Of a stretch of 26,714 nucleotides of DNA, positions 18,129 through 26,073 are shown in pieces. Every line of letters starts with the position of its first letter. Position 1 is the stretch's first letter. This DNA comes from Verrucomicrobiota bacterium (lineage in GTDB: Bacteria; Verrucomicrobiota; Verrucomicrobiia; Limisphaerales; Palsa-1400): contig JBEKYR010000061.1 in NCBI GenBank assembly GCA_049510745.1, positions 1-26,714 on the forward strand, in the 5' to 3' direction. Below the pieces are notes generated by a model. It saw only the letters and a list, made by a program, of their open reading frames with translations. It did no database searches and was not told the DNA's origin. Both the position numbers and the translations under genes were made by a program.

Positions 18129-19850
18129 TCAATCCTTCTCCACGCCGCTGTGCCAGTATCGGTACAGCTCTTCGCTCGAGGGCACTTTCAACGGCCGGAT
18201 AATGCGGAAGCCGACGAATTGCGCGTCGGTGAGAAACCAGACGCTCTTGGGCAATTGCGGGTCCTGCATCTTCCAATCCGAACTGGAGCCGCGCCGGCAG
18301 GCGCTGCGCAGCTTGTCGGCGTCATCCTCCCACGAACCCCCGCGGACCACGTGCGGGTAAGGCTTGGTCGCCCGGTTCCAGGGTTCGCTCACCGTCTCTT
18401 TGAATTGCTTGTAGTATTCGGGGTCGTATTGATCCAGCGTCCATTCATCGACGTTGCCGATGATATCGTAAAGGCCCCACGGATTGGGTTTTTTCCTGCC
18501 GACCTTCTGATACTTGAAATCGCTGTTGTCGGCGAACCAGGCGTAATCGCCCAGCTTCGCCGGATCATCGCCGAAGAAATAGGCGGTGGTCGTGCCGGCC
18601 CGGCAGGCATATTCCCATTCCGCTTCGGTCGGCAGCCGGTAGAAATGGCCGGTCTTGGCGCTGAGCCATTGGCAATAGATATTGCAGGCGTGCTGCGTCA
18701 TGCTGATGGCCGGATAGCCGCCCTTGCCCATGCCAAAACTCATCTCGACATACGGCTTGCTCGGGCGCGCCACCGCGTCGGCCAGGTCGCTGGTGTAATT
18801 GGTCGTGCCGTCGGTCGGCGGGGCCGGCTTGCTTTCCTCCGGGTACATGAACAACTCGTACTCGTTCCAGGTCACTTCACATTGCTCCATCCAGAACGGC
18901 TCGATTTTGACTTCGTGCGGCGGCCCTTCGTCTTCATTGCGATGCGCCTCGCCGGCCGGGCTGCCCATGAGAAATTGGCCGCCGGGAATCGGGACCATGA
19001 CGTAAGTGACGGCGCTGCCGGGAATCGCATTGGTGTAAGCCTTCATCTCGGCCTCGGCCTGCTCCTTGGAAGCGGTGACAATCTGCCGCCGGATTTGCTC
19101 GACCAATTCCATGTCCCTGGCCTGCGCTCCCCCCTTGGCCGGACCGAGCCTGGCCTCCGCCGGCCACGCGGCTCCCTGCTCGACCCATTGGCTCAACGTC
19201 TGCTTCGCCGTTTCAGACAGCGGGCCGCCCTGGGCGAAAATCGGCGCCACGTCGCGGACGAAATCGACCCACCCGGCGGGCGCGGCGGGCGCGTTCGCCG
19301 CGGCCTTGGGCGCCGGGAATTTGATTCCCGCCGGCCAATTGGCCCCTTGCGCCAGCCAGAGACGCAGGATGTCTTTGGCCTTGTCCGGGATGGGGCCGCC
19401 CTTTTCGAGAATCGGCTCAATGTCGCGCCCAAAATCGGCCTTCATCACCACTTTGAGCGTCAGTCCTTCGGGCCACTGCGCCCCTGCGGCGATCCATTGC
19501 CGGATTTTCTCCGAATCCTCTTTGCTGATGGCCGGTTTTTTCTTGGTGGGCGGCATGTGTTTTTCGTCGCCCGGGGGGAGCATGGTCAAATAATAGACCT
19601 GGCTCTCCTCCGGTTTGCCGGGGACGATGCGCTGGTCCTTTTCATGCGGTTTGAAGGCCTCCTCTTTGGTGTCGAGACGGAACTTGCCGTTTTCCCCGGC
19701 ATGCTGTGGATTGTGGCAGACCAGGCAGTTCATCTCAAAAATCGGTTTGACATCCGTGGAGAAATCGGCCGGCTTGGCCGGGGCATTCGATCCGGCCAGA
19801 ACCGTTGCCGCCGTCAAAGCCGTTGCCGCGCGCCGCATTAAGAATCTCAT
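18129..19850 (-). CDS. Secreted c-type cytochrome (PSCyt1-like) / FGE-sulfatase (SUMF1-like) domain fusion
   Basis: Signal peptide; DFSTDVKPIFEMNCLVCH..VPGKPEES..MPP..WIAAGA; FLMGSP, RLPTEAEWEYACRAG, PNPWGLYD, RGGSW, GFR. Start could be 19865, 19850 or 19838; TTGACA at 19892-19887. Confidence 0.88.
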   Translation of the reverse strand: MRFLMRRAATALTAATVLAGSNAPAKPADFSTDVKPIFEMNCLVCHNPQHAGENGKFRLDTKEEAFKPHEKDQRIVPGKPEESQVYYLTMLPPGDEKHMPPTKKKPAISKEDSEKIRQWIAAGAQWPEGLTLKVVMKADFGRDIEPILEKGGPIPDKAKDILRLWLAQGANWPAGIKFPAPKAAANAPAAPAGWVDFVRDVAPIFAQGGPLSETAKQTLSQWVEQGAAWPAEARLGPAKGGAQARDMELVEQIRRQIVTASKEQAEAEMKAYTNAIPGSAVTYVMVPIPGGQFLMGSPAGEAHRNEDEGPPHEVKIEPFWMEQCEVTWNEYELFMYPEESKPAPPTDGTTNYTSDLADAVARPSKPYVEMSFGMGKGGYPAISMTQHACNIYCQWLSAKTGHFYRLPTEAEWEYACRAGTTTAYFFGDDPAKLGDYAWFADNSDFKYQKVGRKKPNPWGLYDIIGNVDEWTLDQYDPEYYKQFKETVSEPWNRATKPYPHVVRGGSWEDDADKLRSACRRGSSSDWKMQDPQLPKSVWFLTDAQFVGFRIIRPLKVPSSEELYRYWHSGVEKD

Positions 19851-19967
19851 GTTCAGTGGCCGCATGGTTAAGAGCGCGCTCCGGAATGTCAACATTTCGG
19901 GTTTCCGGACGAAAATCCCAATTCCCGCCGAAATTGTCGGGGAACCTGTTTTTTGTGCATGTCTCGC

Positions 19968-20151
19968 GTAATGCCTCAGTGACGGCGGGAAAAAGCGGAG
20001 TCTAAAAGAATCCTCATTTCGCCGTCTCCACATCCTCCTGTCTGCACATTTTCCTTGACAAATGGAGAGAATTTAATCTAGCATACCCGCATTGCGGCTT
20101 TCAATGCGGGTATGCTCAATTTCGCATTTCCCGCCCTCACTGAGGCATTAC
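19968..20151. mobile_element. MITE (184 bp non-autonomous IS derivative)
   Basis: 25-bp TIRs GTAATGCCTCAGTGA(c/g)GGCGGGAAA at 19968-19992 and 20127-20151 (24/25 match), flanked by 8-bp direct repeat TGTCTCGC at 19960-19967 and 20152-20159; no transposase. Confidence 0.9.
20055..20116 (+). promoter_or_regulatory. sigma70 promoter overlapping a perfect 15-bp inverted repeat inside the MITE
   Basis: TTGACA(20055-20060)-18-TAGCAT(20079-20084); AGCATACCCGCATTG(20080-20094)-7 nt-CAATGCGGGTATGCT(20102-20116). Confidence 0.6.
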
Positions 20152-20232
20152 TGTCTCGCTAACATTTTCGTTGTAATTAGATCAACGATACGATAGCTGG
20201 AGTGGGTCTTAGAATCCTGGTTTCGATCAAAC

Positions 20233-21036
20233 ATGAGCAGGCAAACATTCAGACGGTTGTATTTTTCAGTTATCGATGCTGCCGCCTCAGTTTTAAGACG
20301 ACAGGACGATCTCGTTCCACCTCGAAACCTTATTGACGGGATAGGCGGTGGAAGCTTTCAAGGCGTGGGGCGGGAATTCTTCAGGCATTTTACTCAAATC
20401 GGAGCATTAAAGCCGCACCATCGCGTGCTGGATGTGGGTTGCGGATGCGGCCGAATGGCTGTGCCGATGATTCCCTTTCTATCGGACAAGGGCGAGTATT
20501 ATGGCTTCGACATCGTTCCGGCTGCGATCAAGTGGAGTCAAAAACATATTGCCGCCCAGCACCCTCGATTTCATTTCGAATTGGCTGATATTTACAATAA
20601 GGCCTACAATCGGAGCGGCAAACTTAAGTCGGATGAATACCGGTTTCCCTACCAGGATGGTTTCTTTGATTTTGCGATCCTTACATCGGTTTTCACCCAC
20701 ATGCTGGCCGGCGATATGGAACATTATTTGTCCGAGATTGCCCGGACGCTGAAGGCAGGCGGTCGTTGCATGATCAGCTTTTTTCTATTAAATTCCGATG
20801 CCCTCGCGCTGATCGGAAAAGGCAAGAGTGCCATTAATCTTAAACATCCGCTGCCGCACTGCGCTGTTTCCAATCAAAAGGTGCCCGAGGCTGCCGTTGC
20901 CTACGAAGAAGCCTTTATACGCGAGCGATTCGCAAAATATAAGCTTGAAATCATCGAACCGATTCACTACGGATCGTGGCCGGGCAGAGATAGGTTTTTA
21001 AGTTATCAGGATATTATTTTGGCGGTTAAGGATTAG
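20233..21036 (+). CDS. Class I SAM-dependent methyltransferase, AT-richer than flanks
   Basis: VLDVGCGCGR motif I, YYGFDI, TSVFTHM, YGSWPGR..QDII C-terminus; many A/T-ending codons. Confidence 0.9.
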   Translation: MSRQTFRRLYFSVIDAAASVLRRQDDLVPPRNLIDGIGGGSFQGVGREFFRHFTQIGALKPHHRVLDVGCGCGRMAVPMIPFLSDKGEYYGFDIVPAAIKWSQKHIAAQHPRFHFELADIYNKAYNRSGKLKSDEYRFPYQDGFFDFAILTSVFTHMLAGDMEHYLSEIARTLKAGGRCMISFFLLNSDALALIGKGKSAINLKHPLPHCAVSNQKVPEAAVAYEEAFIRERFAKYKLEIIEPIHYGSWPGRDRFLSYQDIILAVKD

Positions 21037-21076
21037 ATCAAAGGATCTGAATCGGACAACGCAAAGGAACAATTTC

Positions 21077-22531
21077 ATGGAAGCTCAAGCAGACATCGGA
21101 TTGATCGGATTGGCCGTCATGGGCCAAAACCTCGTTCTCAACATGAACGACCACGGCTTCACCGTGGCCGTTTTTAACCGCACGGTCGCGCGCGTCGATG
21201 AATTCCTCGGCCGCGAGGCCAAGGGCACCAAAGTCATCGGCGCCCATTCCCTGCCCGAACTGGCCGCCCTCCTCAAACGCCCCCGCCGCGTCATGTTCAT
21301 GGTCAAGGCCGGCTCGGCGGTGGACGAGCTGATCGAGGAAATCCTGCCCCACCTCGAAAAAGGCGACATCCTCATCGACGGCGGCAACTCCCTCTTCGAG
21401 GACACCATCCGCCGCGCCAAGTATCTGGAGGGAAAGGGCTTTCTGTTCGTCGGCGCCGGCGTTTCCGGCGGCGAAGACGGGGCGCGGCACGGCCCTTCCA
21501 TCATGCCCGGCGGCTCGAAGGACGCCTGGCCGCACGTCAAGGATATTTTCCAGGGCATCGCCGCCAAGGTCGAGGACGGCACGCCGTGCTGCGATTGGGT
21601 GGGCGAAAACGGCGCCGGCCATTACGTCAAAATGGTCCACAACGGCATCGAATACGGCGACATGCAGTTGATCTGCGAAGCCTATCAATTGATGAAGGAC
21701 GGCCTGGGCATGACCGCCGCCGAAATGCACGAGGCCTTCTCCAATTGGAATAAAACCGAGCTGGATTCCTACCTCATCGAGATCACCGCCAACATCCTCG
21801 CCTTCAAGGACGCCGACGGCCAGCCGCTCGTCGATAAAATCGTCGATGCCGCCGGCCAGAAAGGCACGGGCAAATGGACGGTCATCAATTCCAGCGAATT
21901 GGGCGTTCCCATCACCTTGATCGCCGAAGCCGTTTATGCCCGGTGCGTGTCGGCCTTGAAAGAGGAGCGCGCCGCCGCCGCCAAAAAATTGAAAGGCCCC
22001 AGGCGCGCCATCTCCGGCGACCGCGCCCAATTCGTCGAGGACATCCGCCTGGCGCTTTACGCCTCGAAAATCGTTTCCTACGCCCAGGGCTACATGCTCA
22101 TGCGGGCCGCCGCCAGGGAATACGGCTGGAACCTCAATTACGGCGGCGTGGCCCTGATGTGGCGCGGCGGCTGCATTATCCGCAGCCGTTTCCTGGGCAA
22201 AATCAAGGAGGCCTTCGACCAGAATCCGAACCTGACCAACCTCCTTCTGGACAAATTCTTCCGGGCCGAAATCAAGAAATGCCAGCGCTCCTGGCGCAAG
22301 GTCATTGCCACCGCCGCGCGCAAGGGCCTCCCCGCGCCGGCTTTTTCGACCGCCCTCAATTTCTTTGACAGTTACCGCTGCGAACGCCTCCCGGCCGGCC
22401 TCTTGCAGGCCCAGCGCGATTACTTCGGCGCCCACACCTACGAGCGCCTCGACCAGCCGCGCGGCGTCTTCTTCCACACCAACTGGACCGGCCACGGCGG
22501 CGCCACCGCCTCGGGCAGCTACACCGTCTGA
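21077..22531 (+). CDS. gnd: 6-phosphogluconate dehydrogenase, decarboxylating, NADP-dependent
   Basis: IGLAVMGQNL, FNRT, GVSGGEDGA, VKMVHNGIEYGDMQ, QKGTGKWT, QRDYFGAHTY. Confidence 0.97.
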   Translation: MEAQADIGLIGLAVMGQNLVLNMNDHGFTVAVFNRTVARVDEFLGREAKGTKVIGAHSLPELAALLKRPRRVMFMVKAGSAVDELIEEILPHLEKGDILIDGGNSLFEDTIRRAKYLEGKGFLFVGAGVSGGEDGARHGPSIMPGGSKDAWPHVKDIFQGIAAKVEDGTPCCDWVGENGAGHYVKMVHNGIEYGDMQLICEAYQLMKDGLGMTAAEMHEAFSNWNKTELDSYLIEITANILAFKDADGQPLVDKIVDAAGQKGTGKWTVINSSELGVPITLIAEAVYARCVSALKEERAAAAKKLKGPRRAISGDRAQFVEDIRLALYASKIVSYAQGYMLMRAAAREYGWNLNYGGVALMWRGGCIIRSRFLGKIKEAFDQNPNLTNLLLDKFFRAEIKKCQRSWRKVIATAARKGLPAPAFSTALNFFDSYRCERLPAGLLQAQRDYFGAHTYERLDQPRGVFFHTNWTGHGGATASGSYTV

Positions 22532-22551
22532 ACGCCCCCGCCGCCACTTTC

Positions 22552-23451
22552 ATGGACCCCGCCCAGCCTCTCCGCGACTTCAAGCCGCAGAAAGAATTCT
22601 TCATCGGCATCGATTCCGACGGCTGCGTCTTCGACTCGATGGAAGTCAAGCAAAAGGAATGCTTCACCCCGCTGTTCATCAAACATTTCCGCCTCCAGGC
22701 CGCCTCCAAATACGCCCGCCAGACCTGGGAATTCGTCAACCTCTATTCCAAGACCCGCGGCTGCAACCGCTTCCATGCCCTCTCCGCCAGCCTCAATTTC
22801 CTGCGCCGCCGCCCGGAGGTCATCGCCCGCCGCGTCCCCATTGCCGACACCCGCCCGCTGGACGAGTGGATGGCGCGCGAAACCAAACTGAGCAACGACC
22901 CGCTGGCCGCCGAAATCAAGGCCGGCAACCTGGCCCTGGCCCCCGCCCTCGAATGGTCCAAAGCCGTCAACGCCGCCATCGCCGACCTCGTGCATGGCGT
23001 CCCCCCTTTTCCGCTCGTGCGCGAATGCCTGGAGATGCTCGCGCCGCAAGCCGACGCCATGGTCATTTCGCAGACGCCGGGCGAGGCCTTGCGCCGCGAG
23101 TGGGTCGATACTAGTATTGACTCTTATGTCAGGCTCATGGCTGGCCAGGAAATGGGCTCCAAGGCCGAGCACTTGAAATTCGCCGCCGCCGGCAAATATC
23201 CGCCCGATCACATCCTCATGATTGGCGACTCCCCCGGCGACTACAAAGCCGCCAAATCCAACCGCGTGCTGTTTTATCCGATCGTGCCCGGCCGCGAGGA
23301 ACGATCGTGGCAGCGCCTTTTGGAGGAGGGGCTGGGCCGCTTCTTCGCCGGACAATTCGCGGGCGCCTACGAGAAGCAGTTGTTCGACGAGTTCGACGCC
23401 AGCCTGCCCGCCACCCCGCCGTGGGAGCAGGCGCCCCCGGCCAAGGCGTAA
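22552..23451 (+). CDS. HAD superfamily hydrolase
   Basis: Motif I GIDSDGC, motif II VISQT, GSK lysine, motif IV MIGDSPGD. Confidence 0.88.
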   Translation: MDPAQPLRDFKPQKEFFIGIDSDGCVFDSMEVKQKECFTPLFIKHFRLQAASKYARQTWEFVNLYSKTRGCNRFHALSASLNFLRRRPEVIARRVPIADTRPLDEWMARETKLSNDPLAAEIKAGNLALAPALEWSKAVNAAIADLVHGVPPFPLVRECLEMLAPQADAMVISQTPGEALRREWVDTSIDSYVRLMAGQEMGSKAEHLKFAAAGKYPPDHILMIGDSPGDYKAAKSNRVLFYPIVPGREERSWQRLLEEGLGRFFAGQFAGAYEKQLFDEFDASLPATPPWEQAPPAKA

Positions 23452-23462
23452 CTGTTTGACTC

Positions 23463-23882
23463 TCAGATATAATACATCTTCCCCTTCTCGCCGCCGGCCT
23501 CGAGCAATTGCTGAAACGTGATGGCGTCGGCCGTATCATTGACAGCGTCGCGCAGCCGGCGCCAGGCCTGGCGCAACTCGGCCGGGCTTTGCGGATTGGC
23601 CAGCCCCGGCGAATCAAAAACCTCGCCATGAATGCAGCGCAGGACGTCGCCGAAAGTGATCTTGGCCGGCGGCCGGGCCAGCAAATAACCGCCCTCCTTG
23701 CCGCGCTGGCTCTTGACGATCTGGGCCGATTTAAGCTCGATCAGAATCTGCACCAGATACTTCGGGGGGATGTCCTGGGCGGAAGCCATTTCCTCGACAG
23801 TGCGGGCGGCGCCCTCGGGGTAATGTTGCGAGAGCCAAAGCACGGCGCGGGCCGCATAATCACTTTTGACCGAAAGTTTCAC
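23463..23882 (-). CDS. Rrf2 family transcriptional regulator without Fe-S cysteines
   Basis: (M)KLSVKSDYAARA, IPPKYLVQIL, SQRGKEGGYLLARPP; single Cys. Confidence 0.92.
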   Translation of the reverse strand: MKLSVKSDYAARAVLWLSQHYPEGAARTVEEMASAQDIPPKYLVQILIELKSAQIVKSQRGKEGGYLLARPPAKITFGDVLRCIHGEVFDSPGLANPQSPAELRQAWRRLRDAVNDTADAITFQQLLEAGGEKGKMYYI

Positions 23883-23962
23883 GCGCGGATGACGCTATCC
23901 TGCAAGCGATGCTCGAACGTTCCCCGGCCAAAATCAAGCCGTTTAGGGCGCGGCAAATCGTC

Positions 23963-23991
23963 TGGACAACGGAGAGCGCCCCGGATAAATT
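23963..23991 (+). promoter_or_regulatory. Candidate sigma70 promoter of ferritin
   Basis: TGGACA(23963-23968)-17-TAAATT(23986-23991). Confidence 0.45.
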
Positions 23992-24008
23992 CGCCAAAAT
24001 TACTTGAT

Positions 24009-24512
24009 ATGTCGCCCAAACTCATTACCGCGCTGAACAAACAAGCCAACCAGGAATTGAACGCCGCGCAAGCCTATCTCGCCATGGCCTACTGGTGCGA
24101 GGTTCATCATTCCAGCGGCTTCGCCAAATTCTTTCATGAACAAGCCGCCGAGGAACAGTCCCACGCCGGCAAAATTCTCAAGCATCTTGCCGACCGCGAC
24201 GTGGTCCCGGCCATCGGCGCTCTGACGGCCCCGCCGGTGTCTTTCAAGGAGCTCACCGACGTGGCGCAGGCCGCCTACGATTTGGAGCGGGCCAACACCG
24301 CCGGCATCCACGCCACCTACGAAACGGCGCTGGCCGAGAAGGATTATCCCGCCCAAGTGCTGCTCCACTGGTTCATCAGCGAGCAAGTCGAAGAGGAAGC
24401 CTGGTCCGACAAACTTCTGGTGAAGACCCGCGAAGCCACCTGTGCCGGCGCCCTCTCGAGCCTCGACCGGCACCTGTCCAAAATTCTTTCCGGAGATTCC
24501 GCCGGCGATTAA
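24009..24512 (+). CDS. ftnA: Non-heme ferritin (FtnA-like)
   Basis: ATG 24009 in ORF 23508..24512; LNKQANQE, YLAMA, EEQSHA, LERANT, WFISEQVEEE ferroxidase residues. Confidence 0.9.
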   Translation: MSPKLITALNKQANQELNAAQAYLAMAYWCEVHHSSGFAKFFHEQAAEEQSHAGKILKHLADRDVVPAIGALTAPPVSFKELTDVAQAAYDLERANTAGIHATYETALAEKDYPAQVLLHWFISEQVEEEAWSDKLLVKTREATCAGALSSLDRHLSKILSGDSAGD

Positions 24513-24514
24513 GC

Positions 24515-24567
24515 GCGCCACTGGCCGGCGCTTTCATGGAGGGCGAGCCGGAATGGCGGTGTCTTTT
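24515..24567 (+). terminator. Possible stem-loop terminator after ferritin
   Basis: Nested cgcca..ccggc-gctttc-atg-gagggc..gccgg..tggcg followed by TCTTTT; imperfect. Confidence 0.3.
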
Positions 24568-24793
24568 AATCAAAGTTTGAACATTCTTTGAACAAAATCA
24601 AGCCCCGTAGGGTATCCCCACACCTATTCCCGCAGCGGGGATAGCAGCCCCGCCATGCGAGGCAAGCCAAGACAAGCGACTTTCAGGCTTGTAATATACG
24701 AACTGGGGGGGTAGAGCGGGATCAGACTGATGTTGATGATGAGCAATTCAGGACACCCGGAGCATTTGAGCACGAACCCCGTCCAACCCCCGT

Positions 24794-25834
24794 ATGAAGC
24801 CAATAAAACTCTCGCCACTCCAAACTCTCCCAGCCTTGGGCTGTCTGCTGATGGTGGCTTCGGCATCCGCTGAAAAAGCCATCGTTAACCTGACCGATTG
24901 GAGAGATACCAGCGGGCAGCCGATCTCGGCGCATGAGCATTTTGTCGGGCGCTTTTTCGGCGCGTTTTATTGGTATGGCACCAGTTACAAGGGCAATCCT
25001 TTGGGACAATGCGGTCCGGAAGGAGCACCCCTGCAGAACGGGTTCAATGTCTATCGCTCGACCAACCTGGTGGATTGGCAGTACCTCGGCCAGTGCCTTA
25101 CCTTCCCCAAGACCGGCTTCGGCTCGGAGGGGACCTCCCACCGGCCCCGCGTCATCTACAACAAGCCGACAAAGAAATACGTCATGTGGTACTTCTATTT
25201 CCGAAAATACCCCGACGTCATGCTCACGGTGGCCACCGCCGCCGCCCCGGCCGGTCCGTTTGTTATCCAGGGCCTAAGAAAGAGCAGTGAGGAGCATGGA
25301 TGGGCGCAGGACCTGGGCGCCTTCCAGAACAGCGATGGCAAAGCGTACCTGGTGTATGACGACGGCCATCGCAATCTGCGCGTGGACCTGCTGACCGACG
25401 ACTTTCTGGACACCACAGGCCGAAGCGTGATCGCGCTGCACGCAGGTTCCGGTCCGGGCCAGCAATATGAAGGAGCCGCCATATTCAAATATAAGGGCAA
25501 GTACATCGTCGCCGGCTCCGGCGTTACGGGCTGGAACCCCTCCGACACGACCTACGCCATCGCCGATTCCCCCTTGGGACCTTATTCCGCTCCCAGACGC
25601 CTGGGTAATTGGGGGACGTGGGGCTCGCAGATGTCAAGTTTTCTTTATGTTGCTGAAACCGACACCCTCATCGCCCTCTGCGACCAATGGTGGGCCGGTC
25701 CGGCGGGAAGAAACGACCTGGACCAATCCAGGTATGTCTGGATTCCAGTCTTGTTCAATCCTGTAACTCGCCAGGCTCAAATGGAGTTTCGAGCCGAATG
25801 GAACCCTTTCACCAGACAGCCGCCGAACCCGTGA
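24794..25834 (+). CDS. Secreted GH43 five-bladed beta-propeller glycosidase, GH43_24-like
   Basis: Signal peptide; WRDTSGQPISAH, FYWYG, YRSTNLVDW, RPRVIYN..YVMW, SGVTGWNP, TWGSQ, DQW, SRYVWIP. Confidence 0.85.
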   Translation: MKPIKLSPLQTLPALGCLLMVASASAEKAIVNLTDWRDTSGQPISAHEHFVGRFFGAFYWYGTSYKGNPLGQCGPEGAPLQNGFNVYRSTNLVDWQYLGQCLTFPKTGFGSEGTSHRPRVIYNKPTKKYVMWYFYFRKYPDVMLTVATAAAPAGPFVIQGLRKSSEEHGWAQDLGAFQNSDGKAYLVYDDGHRNLRVDLLTDDFLDTTGRSVIALHAGSGPGQQYEGAAIFKYKGKYIVAGSGVTGWNPSDTTYAIADSPLGPYSAPRRLGNWGTWGSQMSSFLYVAETDTLIALCDQWWAGPAGRNDLDQSRYVWIPVLFNPVTRQAQMEFRAEWNPFTRQPPNP

Positions 25835-26073
25835 GTATGGCCGGCGAAAAGTAGCACGTCGGCTTTACAGTCCTGAGCCTTCGTTCCACCGCGCTCGCCT
25901 CAACCTTGACTTCGGACGGTGCGTCCAGAGTGCGGGACGGCGCACGACCCCCAATCCCACTGCCGGAATCCTCTCCCAACGGCGTCGGGAAACGGTGTGG
26001 CGCGTCCACGAAGCCAACGGAGTCAAAGCTTGCTTTCTTGGATGGATTCGGTAAAGCTATTTGTTAAACAGCT

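Noticed and set aside
19851..20033. N-terminal extension of the cytochrome-FGE ORF starting inside the MITE after AGGAGG
   Set aside because: AGGAGG abuts the ATG with no spacing, the extension would bury the signal peptide, and a TTGACA promoter lies at 19892-19887.
1171..23355. Long antisense ORFs (1171..2121, 4611..6278, 6479..8113, 10195..12048, 16726..18015, 18105..19841, 21038..22495, 22519..23355)
   Set aside because: Shadows of well-supported genes in GC-rich DNA; no recognisable motifs.
23508..24008. 334-aa ORF suggesting a ferritin fusion
   Set aside because: The upstream half is antisense to the Rrf2 gene; ferritin similarity begins at ATG 24009.
25835..26073. Intergenic stretch and 66-aa ORF 25809..26009 as a possible gene or IS remnant
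   Set aside because: No recognisable motif, repeat or terminal structure in the frames I read.
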